Shown piece after piece: positions 11,601 through 18,564 of a stretch of DNA of 64,000 nt. Positions within the stretch are counted from its first letter, which is position 1. Each line of letters begins with the position of its first letter. Location of the stretch: the sequence record OR805294.1, one strand, 5' to 3'. The position numbers and the translations under genes are program-made. Below the pieces are notes generated by a model that was given only the letters and a program-made list of their open reading frames with translations, made no database searches and was not told where the DNA came from.

Positions 11601-12324
11601 CGGAACTATATCTAAATTCACTACAGTATTTAAAAATACAAACATGTATGTAGCTGGCGGATATTCGTTAGGTTTCATAGATAACATAGCGTTAGTAGAC
11701 GATACTGGATTAGGAACTGCACTTACTGTAGGAAGAACATATACCACAGGTATATATGATGGACCTGCGTATGTTGGTTTAGGTGCAAACTTTGCAGTAT
11801 ATGGATACGAAACTGCAATACAATCTATACCGGGTTCCAGTGTAGTATTGGCAGGAAATCTATGCAGGCAAGCAGGCGCTGCAATCCGTGCAGACGGTTC
11901 TATATTGTCATTTAATGCCGGACAATCTGTTTATATTGCAAACCAAGCACAAGATGGTATTGTGTTAAAACACGGAAGTAAACTAATACACAACGACGAT
12001 GCTAGTCAATCGTTTGTATTTGTGATATTCAATAATATCAAATCCGGCACAATCCTGTCGTTAGATACAAGTATATCTACTGCTAATTTTGAAGTTAAAA
12101 ACTCAGAAGGCATAATGATAGCTGCAACCAGACATAGTACAGTTGATGCTAGATCGGCTATTGTATCTGGAACAATAACGGGCGATTTAGAAGTAAATGC
12201 AACAGGCATGTCTGTAATCAGCATAAACGAACCTGCAGGCAGTACAAATATACCATTGGCAGTTGTTTGTAATCCTGCTCATGGATCTAATACAGAATTA
12301 CAAAAAGGTTACATAGGATTATAA
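5614..12324 (+). CDS. Giant repeat-rich fibre/decoration protein (2236 aa)
   Basis: Many (A/S)(T/F)SG(D/N)YNDLxNKP, PNGFLRWN and LxDLxDV repeats. Two tandem ~100-aa modules each end in YGWKITDGIGE or VGWKVTDGIGE. The C-terminal VYVATDGNDTTGSGTEESPFATLNAA resembles the start of a beta-helix, receptor-binding-like domain. Confidence 0.8.
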   Translation: MSIQSGPSVLNQFVPDFLIDSTPTNGQFLVYDDTVQAFVNSTNPRIVLDSSNILDGSITIDKLAISGNKVPGYVLTITSAGGMAFLPVPGNGGQLPSLDELLDTNIVSPTVTQYLKWDGSAWVNSNITLNDVSDVSVISPTADDVLAWESGSWTNKKIDYTSLTNKPDLSDVVRSSELSSVAFSGDYNDLVNIPSATSNTIVGLTDVNDTALPNGFLRWNASGDEVEFITSISATVITGLAPVATSGNYNDLLGKPNLSVYPLRTEFSTVATTGNYSDLNNVPLTFAPSAHTHPAAQITGLASVATSNDYNDLVNKPTAMAPTSHTHAISDIIGLQNSLDSKLTVNLTTRLPKDVIYFNGTSWINKQLSYTDISGTPNLDNYVTDSELSTVATTGRYSDLINKPELVENLNDLLDVDVSSKQTGNVLTWNGTAWVASAITQASIDWANISNKPSVFSPAAHTHDIVDVLGLQSLLDSKLDANIAFDGDYNSLTNKPGLIDLQDTFSPAVPNGFLRWNNLGTLVAYQDYIYPQDISGLSDVAISGQYSDLLGTPSLSTVAITGSYSDLIDAPPAFDGDYDSLTNKPFIPTNFDFKFIGLNDVSPTVQPGGYLKWNLDGSFVVSSANIPATDVAGLSVVSTTGQYSDLLGKPLLATVSSSGSYTDLINIPAEFNPAEHTHNIADVSGLQASLDNKLNTSDAFSGDYNDLTNAPTNSSYSLVGLSDTNSVPVANGFLRWNASGSSIEYIQTIPVNAITGLAPVASSGQYADLQGIPDLSDYVLSVSLADIATTGEYSDLINAPDLSVYANKTDLSDVATTGQYSDLLGIPTQFTPTVHVHNVSQISGLSTVATSGSYNDLSNKPSFANVATTGSYDDLNNKPSIPTNGSFSLLGLNDTNNTPVADGILRWNSSANQVIYANTIDAQSVSGLATVATIGKLSSLSDVDLIGLNQNEILQWNGSAWVPVPYNPNQIQAYIESGNTKVSTNDILDSIVLTAGPTTGNIIFELGNTNSSIILNPVANNVDALISSTSRIKLDSSTGISLGNISYPMTDGTVGQAVVTNGAGQLSFETVVKPSQLATVATSGNYNDLTNKPTLVTELNGLADVRMRDTNGNYLAQPEDVLTYSNGIWQARPNTSSSFIGLSDTQNITLPEDRANAYLRWDTTGNLIIYEDSISASVIAGLAEVATTGDLHDLINVNVNLPDMNNPATQAVWGLIWDRQNQRWINYNLRNIAGSGGSTVVALNDLTDVTLTFPVVDGNVLRATVQPDNSIVWQNKQLSYSDLTGTISMSLLQLTDTSSSAVPNGFLRWDSSGSTVQYITTISTNDITGLAPVATSGNYNDLSNTPAIPASINDLADVNTVSPVPTNGYVLTWDSSSNNWIAKEPATNPSGSTALADLTDVSLSDLAASDVLKYNGTTWVNEPVTYSELTDLPTFALVAFSGDYNDLTNKPSGSTTSILDLTDTADTALPNGFLRWNASGDEVLYQSSINVSDIIGLSGVAISGDYNDLSNKPENNSYYFRKLADAGNPQPNTFIKYPAFTIPPGSDIDDVNPILEYVSSINALTDIDNLAPVATNGILGSLVDVNLNSVEDGQVLTYDAVTNSWINKNSSGSPVVTSWTKINGNYTVTGSEYLLVDTTSASVTITLPVAPTENMVIRIADWKGTFRTNSCVVNTNGMPLMGASMDNTLTIQNQNASIELTFVDTTYGWKITDGIGEISKQNIPVTNWRTVDSSSTPAMLIAQPGEAIYVNTNNGAVTVKLPTGASVNAVVRIADLLGTYDKASCFVDGNGNPIMGKNEILEIANENASIEFTYVDSVVGWKVTDGIGELGRKTDIASDSDIIVYVATDGNDTTGSGTEESPFATLNAAFLSLDGKFVNSSAEIIVRVAEGVYEPTNPVAFSHIQGMNVKLIGELPQASSSFTVTNITNDSGLAKVTMQLSSVSEYEVGDIIKITSAATMLECVEIITAINTGSNTLEIVIPNSVLADVSDYTGYTGTISKFTTVFKNTNMYVAGGYSLGFIDNIALVDDTGLGTALTVGRTYTTGIYDGPAYVGLGANFAVYGYETAIQSIPGSSVVLAGNLCRQAGAAIRADGSILSFNAGQSVYIANQAQDGIVLKHGSKLIHNDDASQSFVFVIFNNIKSGTILSLDTSISTANFEVKNSEGIMIAATRHSTVDARSAIVSGTITGDLEVNATGMSVISINEPAGSTNIPLAVVCNPAHGSNTELQKGYIGL
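6238..6290 (+). repeat. 53-bp exact direct repeat, copy 1 (copy 2 at 10009-10061)
   Basis: gatactgcactacctaacggattcttgcgctggaacgcaagcggtgatgaggt is identical at both positions. Confidence 0.9.
6328..6370 (+). repeat. 43-bp exact direct repeat, copy 1 (copy 2 at 9598-9640; 32-bp partial copy at 8849-8880)
   Basis: gggttagctccagttgctactagtggaaattataatgacttat is identical at both positions. Confidence 0.88.
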
Positions 12325-12325
12325 T

Positions 12326-12712
12326 ATGTCTAATTTAAATGATTATTTCGGCGGAACATCTAATAGCACTGGAAGTTATCCCAGTGCTATTCCTGCAAAA
12401 AGAATTAATACTTCTGCAACTACTATTACATCTGGCGAAACTAGAGACTTTATTTTAGGAGTATCATCGGGTGCTGTGTTATTCCTCGCTGTCTCTACAA
12501 TAATAGGTAACCAAACAGACACATACGAACTTTATATAAAAATAGGATCTAATATAGTAATAGATTTCGAAACAATAACTGGTAATTTTAATACAAATCA
12601 ACCTGCATTTTTATTAGGTTCAGGTACAGCAACCCTTACAGTACATAATACATCTGCAACAGATATGATGTTTAGTTCAAACACATATTTTGCACCAATA
12701 TCTCTTAGTTAA
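12326..12712 (+). CDS. Small virion/fibre-associated protein
   Basis: 128 aa, Ser/Thr-rich beta composition. Its N-terminus MSNLNDYFGG is shared with the next gene. Confidence 0.65.
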   Translation: MSNLNDYFGGTSNSTGSYPSAIPAKRINTSATTITSGETRDFILGVSSGAVLFLAVSTIIGNQTDTYELYIKIGSNIVIDFETITGNFNTNQPAFLLGSGTATLTVHNTSATDMMFSSNTYFAPISLS

Positions 12713-12738
12713 TAAAAGGGCTTTTAAGCCCTTTTATT
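12711..12738 (+). terminator. Rho-independent terminator
   Basis: AATAAAAGGGC-ttttaa-GCCCTTTTATT. Confidence 0.8.
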
Positions 12739-12827
12739 ATATTTTACCTATGTTAAAATACTACTAAAATCTGGTAAATATTGTGATAACAATATAATAG
12801 ATTTTAGCTAAGTGTAAAAGGAAACAT

Positions 12828-15800
12828 ATGTCTAATTTAAATGATTTTTTTGGATCAAGTGGATCAGAAGGCGGGGGAGCCGAAGTTAAAAGACTAGACG
12901 ACTTAGTAGACGTTTCTGTAGCTAGTCCAACTAACGGTCAAACCCTTGTTTTTGACAACACAGGCTGGGTAAACAGAAAACTTAGCTACAATGATTTATC
13001 TAATCTTCCGTCTATATCAAACACATTAAGTGGATTAGATGATGTAGACACTGCCGGTACTATAGCCGGATATGTATTACAATTTAACGGAATAAAATGG
13101 GTAGGTATGCCTGCCAGTAGTTCCATTTCGTTAGACGATTTATCTAATGTTGCTATTACAGCACCCTCAATAAACCAAACACTGCTATTTAATGGATCAA
13201 CATGGTATAACGGATCTGTAGATTTTAATAATTTAATAAACACACCCGTTATTCCTACACATTTAGGTGATTTGTCAGATGTTTCTGTCAGTGCTTCTAC
13301 TCAAGAAGGAAGTGTACTAGTTTTTAGAACAGGACAATGGATTGGTTCTGTAATAAATTACAACGATTTGTCAAATACTCCTACTATACCGCAAAACGAT
13401 TCATTTACATTCTTAGGTTTATCTGATACTAACGATATACCGGAAGCAAATGGGTTTTTAAAATGGAACAATTTAAGTACAGAAATAGAATATGTTACTT
13501 CAATACCTTCGTCTGCTATAACAGGATTAGCCAATGTTGCAACAACCGGTTTATTATCCAATTTAGTAGATGTGAATGTCAGTGGTGTATCTAATGGCCA
13601 GGTTCTAACATATAATTCCTCTTCTAGCACATGGGTTCCTACTACGCCATCAACTGGCGGCGGAACAAGTGATCCTACTGCTATTTTTAGTACAGACGGT
13701 AATACGTATATTAATACTGAAGAATTAGTAGACGAGCTAGTTTTAAAAACCGGACCTGGATCCGGAAATGTAAATGTCGTTCTCGGTGGCAGCGGCAAGA
13801 TTGTCGTCGAAGGTCAATCTCCGGAAATAATATCGGAAACTAGTTTAAAATTAACAGGTAGCAATTTATATTTAAATGAACTATCTTGGCCTACGACTGA
13901 CGGAACGAGCGGTCAAGTTTTAGCTACAGACGGAAATGGAAATCTCTCATTTATAACAGTATCGTCCGGTGGAACTACTATACTCATAAACTGGCGCGGC
14001 GAATGGGAAGAAACTAGTTATAATATAAACGACGCTGTAAGTTATGCTGGTTCTAGTTATATATGTGTTGCTGAAGTAGCTGGCGGCGATATTTCTGTTC
14101 CGCCTAGCAATACAAACTTAAATTGGAATATACTAGCACTAAAAGGTGAAGACGGATCATTCTTTACTTATACGGGAACTTATGATTCTAATACTGAATA
14201 TGTAGATAAAGATGTAGTTTATTATAACGGTTCATCTTATGTAGTGTTAGACGGGCAAGGACCTATTACAGGAATCACCCCTACTGACCAATCTAAATGG
14301 GGTATATTAGCGTTAGCTGGTTCTGGAGGAACAGGCAGTGGTTTTACTTACAAAAATGAATATAATAATTCGGAAACTTATCAAGACCAAGACGTTGTTA
14401 GTTATGGAGGATCTTCATACATTGTTAGTCCTGGCAACGGTCCTGTTACTGGTATTTTGCCTACCGATTCTTCTATTTGGGGTATTATTGCACTCAAGGG
14501 TCAAGACGGGTCTGGAACAGGTAACCAGTCGCTTGAAGATTTAACTGATGTATCTAGTGCCACTCCTACTTCGGGGAATGTGTTAGTAGCTAACGGGTCA
14601 TCATGGTCTTCTTCTAAGTTATCATATAGTCAACTCCAAGGTCTACCCACTTTATCTGTAGTTGCTACTTCTGGTAGTTATAATGACTTATTAGATAAAC
14701 CTTCTAATACAGGAACATTTATTGGATTATCAGATACTGATACTCCTTCCCTACCGAATGGATTTTTAAAATGGAATGCACAAGGAACATCTATATCTTA
14801 TGTACAATCAATACCTTCAGAATCTATTTCTGGTTTGGCTACTGTTGCTACTACCGGTGATTATAGCGATTTAACTAATACACCTAACATACCAGTTATT
14901 CTAGACGACTTGACCGATGTGAATTTAGTTACGCCTCCTGTAACAGGACAAGCTTTAGTATACAACGGTACGTATTGGTTGGCAGGCAATGCCGGAAGCG
15001 GTTCGAGCACACTAGCATCATTAACTGACGTTAACTTAACTACTCCTACCAACAATCAAGTATTATCGTATGACAATACACAAAATTTGTGGATTAATAC
15101 ACAAATAGATTATGATGATATTTTAAATACACCTAGTATACCCGTAAATAATAGCTTTAGCTTGGTTGGGTTGAACGACACGGATAATTCTGCTATTCCG
15201 AACGCATTCTTAAAATGGAACTCAACTGGGAATTCAGTAGAATATGTTCAGTCTATTTCTGCTAGTAGTATAACAGGATTATCTACTGTTGCTACAACTG
15301 GAGACTACAACGACTTAACTAATTTACCTTCTATTCCAGAAAATATAGGTGATTTAAATGACGTAGATACATCTACTGCACCTACTGATGGTCAAATACT
15401 CATATATAGTGCAGCACTAGGAAAGTGGATTCCTGGAGATCAAAGCGGTACTAGTCCAGTTCCAGGCGGCTTCCCCGGCGAATGGTTAAAAATCAATTAT
15501 ACCCCCGGCAATTTAATAGGTACAATTGAGTGTTCGCCTAACATATCATACACTATAGTAGATAATGTTGCAAATAATAATCTTACTTTAGATTTAGTAT
15601 TTGCAAATAGACCATACCCGCCTGCTGGATGGATGTGGTATGGTTACTTAGTAACACAAGGCAGATATGTATTAAAAATGCAAGATACTACTAGTCATCC
15701 GCATACGTTAGAGCTTACAACTACTGAAAATCCGTTTGGGACAGGAACTGGAAAATTATCAGGATTCCAGTGCAGGGTATCAACTACTGGAGCCCAAAGT

Positions 15801-15848
15801 TATGGTCCTCTTCAGCCTACGCATGCATATGTGATATTTGGGTGGTAA
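12828..15848 (+). CDS. Repeat-rich fibre/decoration protein, paralog of 5614..12324
   Basis: Same SGxYNDL, NGFLKWN and LxDLxDV repeats. Three (W/Y)xGx(W/Y)xxxxxYxxxDxVxYxGSSY carbohydrate-binding-like modules. GGTAAATA box at 12773. Confidence 0.8.
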   Translation: MSNLNDFFGSSGSEGGGAEVKRLDDLVDVSVASPTNGQTLVFDNTGWVNRKLSYNDLSNLPSISNTLSGLDDVDTAGTIAGYVLQFNGIKWVGMPASSSISLDDLSNVAITAPSINQTLLFNGSTWYNGSVDFNNLINTPVIPTHLGDLSDVSVSASTQEGSVLVFRTGQWIGSVINYNDLSNTPTIPQNDSFTFLGLSDTNDIPEANGFLKWNNLSTEIEYVTSIPSSAITGLANVATTGLLSNLVDVNVSGVSNGQVLTYNSSSSTWVPTTPSTGGGTSDPTAIFSTDGNTYINTEELVDELVLKTGPGSGNVNVVLGGSGKIVVEGQSPEIISETSLKLTGSNLYLNELSWPTTDGTSGQVLATDGNGNLSFITVSSGGTTILINWRGEWEETSYNINDAVSYAGSSYICVAEVAGGDISVPPSNTNLNWNILALKGEDGSFFTYTGTYDSNTEYVDKDVVYYNGSSYVVLDGQGPITGITPTDQSKWGILALAGSGGTGSGFTYKNEYNNSETYQDQDVVSYGGSSYIVSPGNGPVTGILPTDSSIWGIIALKGQDGSGTGNQSLEDLTDVSSATPTSGNVLVANGSSWSSSKLSYSQLQGLPTLSVVATSGSYNDLLDKPSNTGTFIGLSDTDTPSLPNGFLKWNAQGTSISYVQSIPSESISGLATVATTGDYSDLTNTPNIPVILDDLTDVNLVTPPVTGQALVYNGTYWLAGNAGSGSSTLASLTDVNLTTPTNNQVLSYDNTQNLWINTQIDYDDILNTPSIPVNNSFSLVGLNDTDNSAIPNAFLKWNSTGNSVEYVQSISASSITGLSTVATTGDYNDLTNLPSIPENIGDLNDVDTSTAPTDGQILIYSAALGKWIPGDQSGTSPVPGGFPGEWLKINYTPGNLIGTIECSPNISYTIVDNVANNNLTLDLVFANRPYPPAGWMWYGYLVTQGRYVLKMQDTTSHPHTLELTTTENPFGTGTGKLSGFQCRVSTTGAQSYGPLQPTHAYVIFGW

Positions 15849-15851
15849 TAT

Positions 15852-17825
15852 ATGATTTTATCTATACCTAATAAAGTAATTCAACTGAATATACAATCAG
15901 CAGTTGGTAAAGATTATTGGCCGTACAATCAAGGCGACGAATTCTGGGAAAACGGAAGTTCTCCCAGATTTTATACATGGATTATATCTGCAACCGTTAT
16001 TCCGCAGTTTCATAGTTACGAAAATACAAGAGAACCATATACATATAACGGTTTAGATTTAAATGTAGGGGATTGGATATCTAACACCGATATACCGCAA
16101 GCTTTTGAAATTATTTCTATAACTGAAAAAACAGAAACGTCATTAGTTGCAGTAATTAGAGATACATTTAGGTATAATACATTTTCTGCAATTTCACAAG
16201 ATGGATTAATAAGTCCCCAATTAGGTAATAATATATTATTCACTCTTAGTGTAGATGGAATGCCATTATTAGATCCATTGCCGGCGTCTATAAACAAATA
16301 TGGTTTTGTTTCATCGTTAGATAGTAGATTTAGAAAAGAAAAGAAAAATGAAATATTACAATTATACAAAGAAAATAACGGATTTATAAAAGGCGATATA
16401 TTATCTTTAGATCCTGCTGCAGGATACATCTTATCAGACAATAACATTACTCATAAAATTTTAGGGACAGTATACAGTTCGGGACCGGGTCCAAATGATT
16501 TCATAGTTTCTCCTGTAAATGTTTTTAGTAAAAACTATCAAGCATCTGTATTAGGCCAAATCGGTGACACTTTATATATTTCTGATACAGATCCCGGAAA
16601 GTTAACTACCGAAAATACGGGTGTTCCTGCATATGTAAAAATAACAAATGCAATACAAGGAACATCTATTACAACAAAAAGCACAGATAATATGACAATT
16701 GTTGTAGGAAACACATTTTCTCTAAATAATTCTAACATAGTTATACCTTCTACTAATATTCAAGATCTCGTAAATAGAATTAATACATTTACTATTGATA
16801 CAGGAATAGAAAGCTCTTTGCAGTTGGCGCCTACTAGTTGTGTGTCAAATACAGCTGACATGGCATTCGGTGGTATATTTGTTGGTATAACTCCGCCAGG
16901 TTCAGCAAAAATAAACAATGTTGAAATAATATTCAATAGCGACACTGCTAGCCCAGGTCAATGGGGTGAAGCAAATGATGTTGCTATAGCTATTAATAAT
17001 GCAAACATACCTGGCATAGTAGCAATAGCAGAGAATGGGCAAGTTACATTAACTAATACGTTAGGAACAGAGATAGTTATAGAAAATATAAGTAATGAAA
17101 GTTTTGGTTCTCCTATAGCAGGTCCAAATTCTGCAACCGGCTTGCCGTTATACACACCTGCTGCAACTAACAGTTTTATGAAATTTGTTAGTTTAACAGG
17201 CACCGGAATTATATTTAAAAATATATTAGGAAATCCAATAGACGAACTCGGTTTACTATCTAACGAAAATGGAATGCCTGCATATGTTATGTCAGTTGCC
17301 AACGGCATAAGAACGGCAGACACGTATGTAGTAGCAAATATATCTGCAAGAGATGCATTAACTCCGTTAACGGGCGATCAAGCATATGTAATTGACGGAA
17401 TGTTGCCGAACGGATCCAAGGCAGGCGAATGGGCACTATATTTATGGAACGGAAATAGTTGGATAAAAACCGCCGATGAAGATTCTGCAAAAACAGATGC
17501 AAGTTCTATAGAACTAGAAATACAATATAATTCCTTAGAAGCTGTTACTATAGGAAAAATGAGTAATAATTCTAAAGTTACGCAAATATCTATTACTGTA
17601 GAAGAAATATTCAGTAACGAAAATGCAACATTGTCTATAGGAACAGACATTAATAACACAGACATATTAATGAGTTCTGATTTTATAGATTTAACTGTAG
17701 AAGACACTTATTTTATAACACCTAATGTATATTTCGATTCTGGAACCGATACAGAAATTGTAGCTTATTTGGATAGTAACGGTTCTACTACCGGACGAGT
17801 AAAGATAATTGTATCATACACATAA
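15852..17825 (+). CDS. Putative virion structural protein
   Basis: 657 aa, Asn/Thr/Ser/Ile-rich. The C-terminal beta-sandwich-like domain resembles that of 18565..21249. Confidence 0.7.
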   Translation: MILSIPNKVIQLNIQSAVGKDYWPYNQGDEFWENGSSPRFYTWIISATVIPQFHSYENTREPYTYNGLDLNVGDWISNTDIPQAFEIISITEKTETSLVAVIRDTFRYNTFSAISQDGLISPQLGNNILFTLSVDGMPLLDPLPASINKYGFVSSLDSRFRKEKKNEILQLYKENNGFIKGDILSLDPAAGYILSDNNITHKILGTVYSSGPGPNDFIVSPVNVFSKNYQASVLGQIGDTLYISDTDPGKLTTENTGVPAYVKITNAIQGTSITTKSTDNMTIVVGNTFSLNNSNIVIPSTNIQDLVNRINTFTIDTGIESSLQLAPTSCVSNTADMAFGGIFVGITPPGSAKINNVEIIFNSDTASPGQWGEANDVAIAINNANIPGIVAIAENGQVTLTNTLGTEIVIENISNESFGSPIAGPNSATGLPLYTPAATNSFMKFVSLTGTGIIFKNILGNPIDELGLLSNENGMPAYVMSVANGIRTADTYVVANISARDALTPLTGDQAYVIDGMLPNGSKAGEWALYLWNGNSWIKTADEDSAKTDASSIELEIQYNSLEAVTIGKMSNNSKVTQISITVEEIFSNENATLSIGTDINNTDILMSSDFIDLTVEDTYFITPNVYFDSGTDTEIVAYLDSNGSTTGRVKIIVSYT

Positions 17826-17862
17826 GACAGGTAAATATCTTTATTAACACGGATTGTATAAA

Positions 17863-18498
17863 ATGATAAAAAGTTTTCTTCTTAGTGCTGTATCTAATGT
17901 TTTACAGTTTGGAAAAAAAGGTGGAAAAATAACATATACGCCTGAAACATCTAGTTTTAAAGTAGAAACGGATAGCAATGTATTATGTCCGATCGCTGTA
18001 GGACCGGCAACTGCAACTACACATGCCGTTCCTAAAAGTTATGTAGATGGAAGAACTACCAAGTACACAATGCAAGCTGACAAAACAGTTTCTGGTTCTA
18101 CATTAAGTGCAATAACAGAATTTACTAGTATATCATTAGAAGCAAATACAACATATTCATACACGTTATTATTGTTATATTCTTCCAATAATACTGCTGC
18201 CGGTATAAAATATCAATTAATGACAAATGGATCATTGACTAGATCTTTTTCTAGTGTAGAAAATGCAAAAACAGGAACAGCATCAACACTTGTAAACGGT
18301 TTTGTTTTAGGAGCAAGTGCAACTATTACAGTAACTACGGTTGCTATTGCAAATAACTTGTATAATGTTTGGGTTCAAGGTTTTATAGAAAATTCTGGAG
18401 GATCACCAGACACACTAACTATATCTCTTGCTTCGTCGTCATCCGGCGCGTCGTGTTCTGCATACGCAGGTTCCCAGTTGGTTATGACTAGATTATAA
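17863..18498 (+). CDS. Putative virion structural protein
   Basis: ORF track starts at TTG 17854; ATG 17863 is preferred. Contains a HAVPKSYVD fibre-type motif and an N-terminal QFGKKGG. Confidence 0.7.
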   Translation: MIKSFLLSAVSNVLQFGKKGGKITYTPETSSFKVETDSNVLCPIAVGPATATTHAVPKSYVDGRTTKYTMQADKTVSGSTLSAITEFTSISLEANTTYSYTLLLLYSSNNTAAGIKYQLMTNGSLTRSFSSVENAKTGTASTLVNGFVLGASATITVTTVAIANNLYNVWVQGFIENSGGSPDTLTISLASSSSGASCSAYAGSQLVMTRL

Positions 18499-18564
18499 TC
18501 TTAGCAAGTAAAAATACAAAAATACCGATAAATATCGGTATAATATATCGAAGGACTAATAACA

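Noticed and set aside
5614-15848. Repeats as a CRISPR array or a diversity-generating retroelement TR/VR pair
   Set aside because: The repeats are in-frame coding units at irregular spacing with no unique spacers. Copies are identical rather than differing at adenines, and no cas or reverse-transcriptase gene is in the window.
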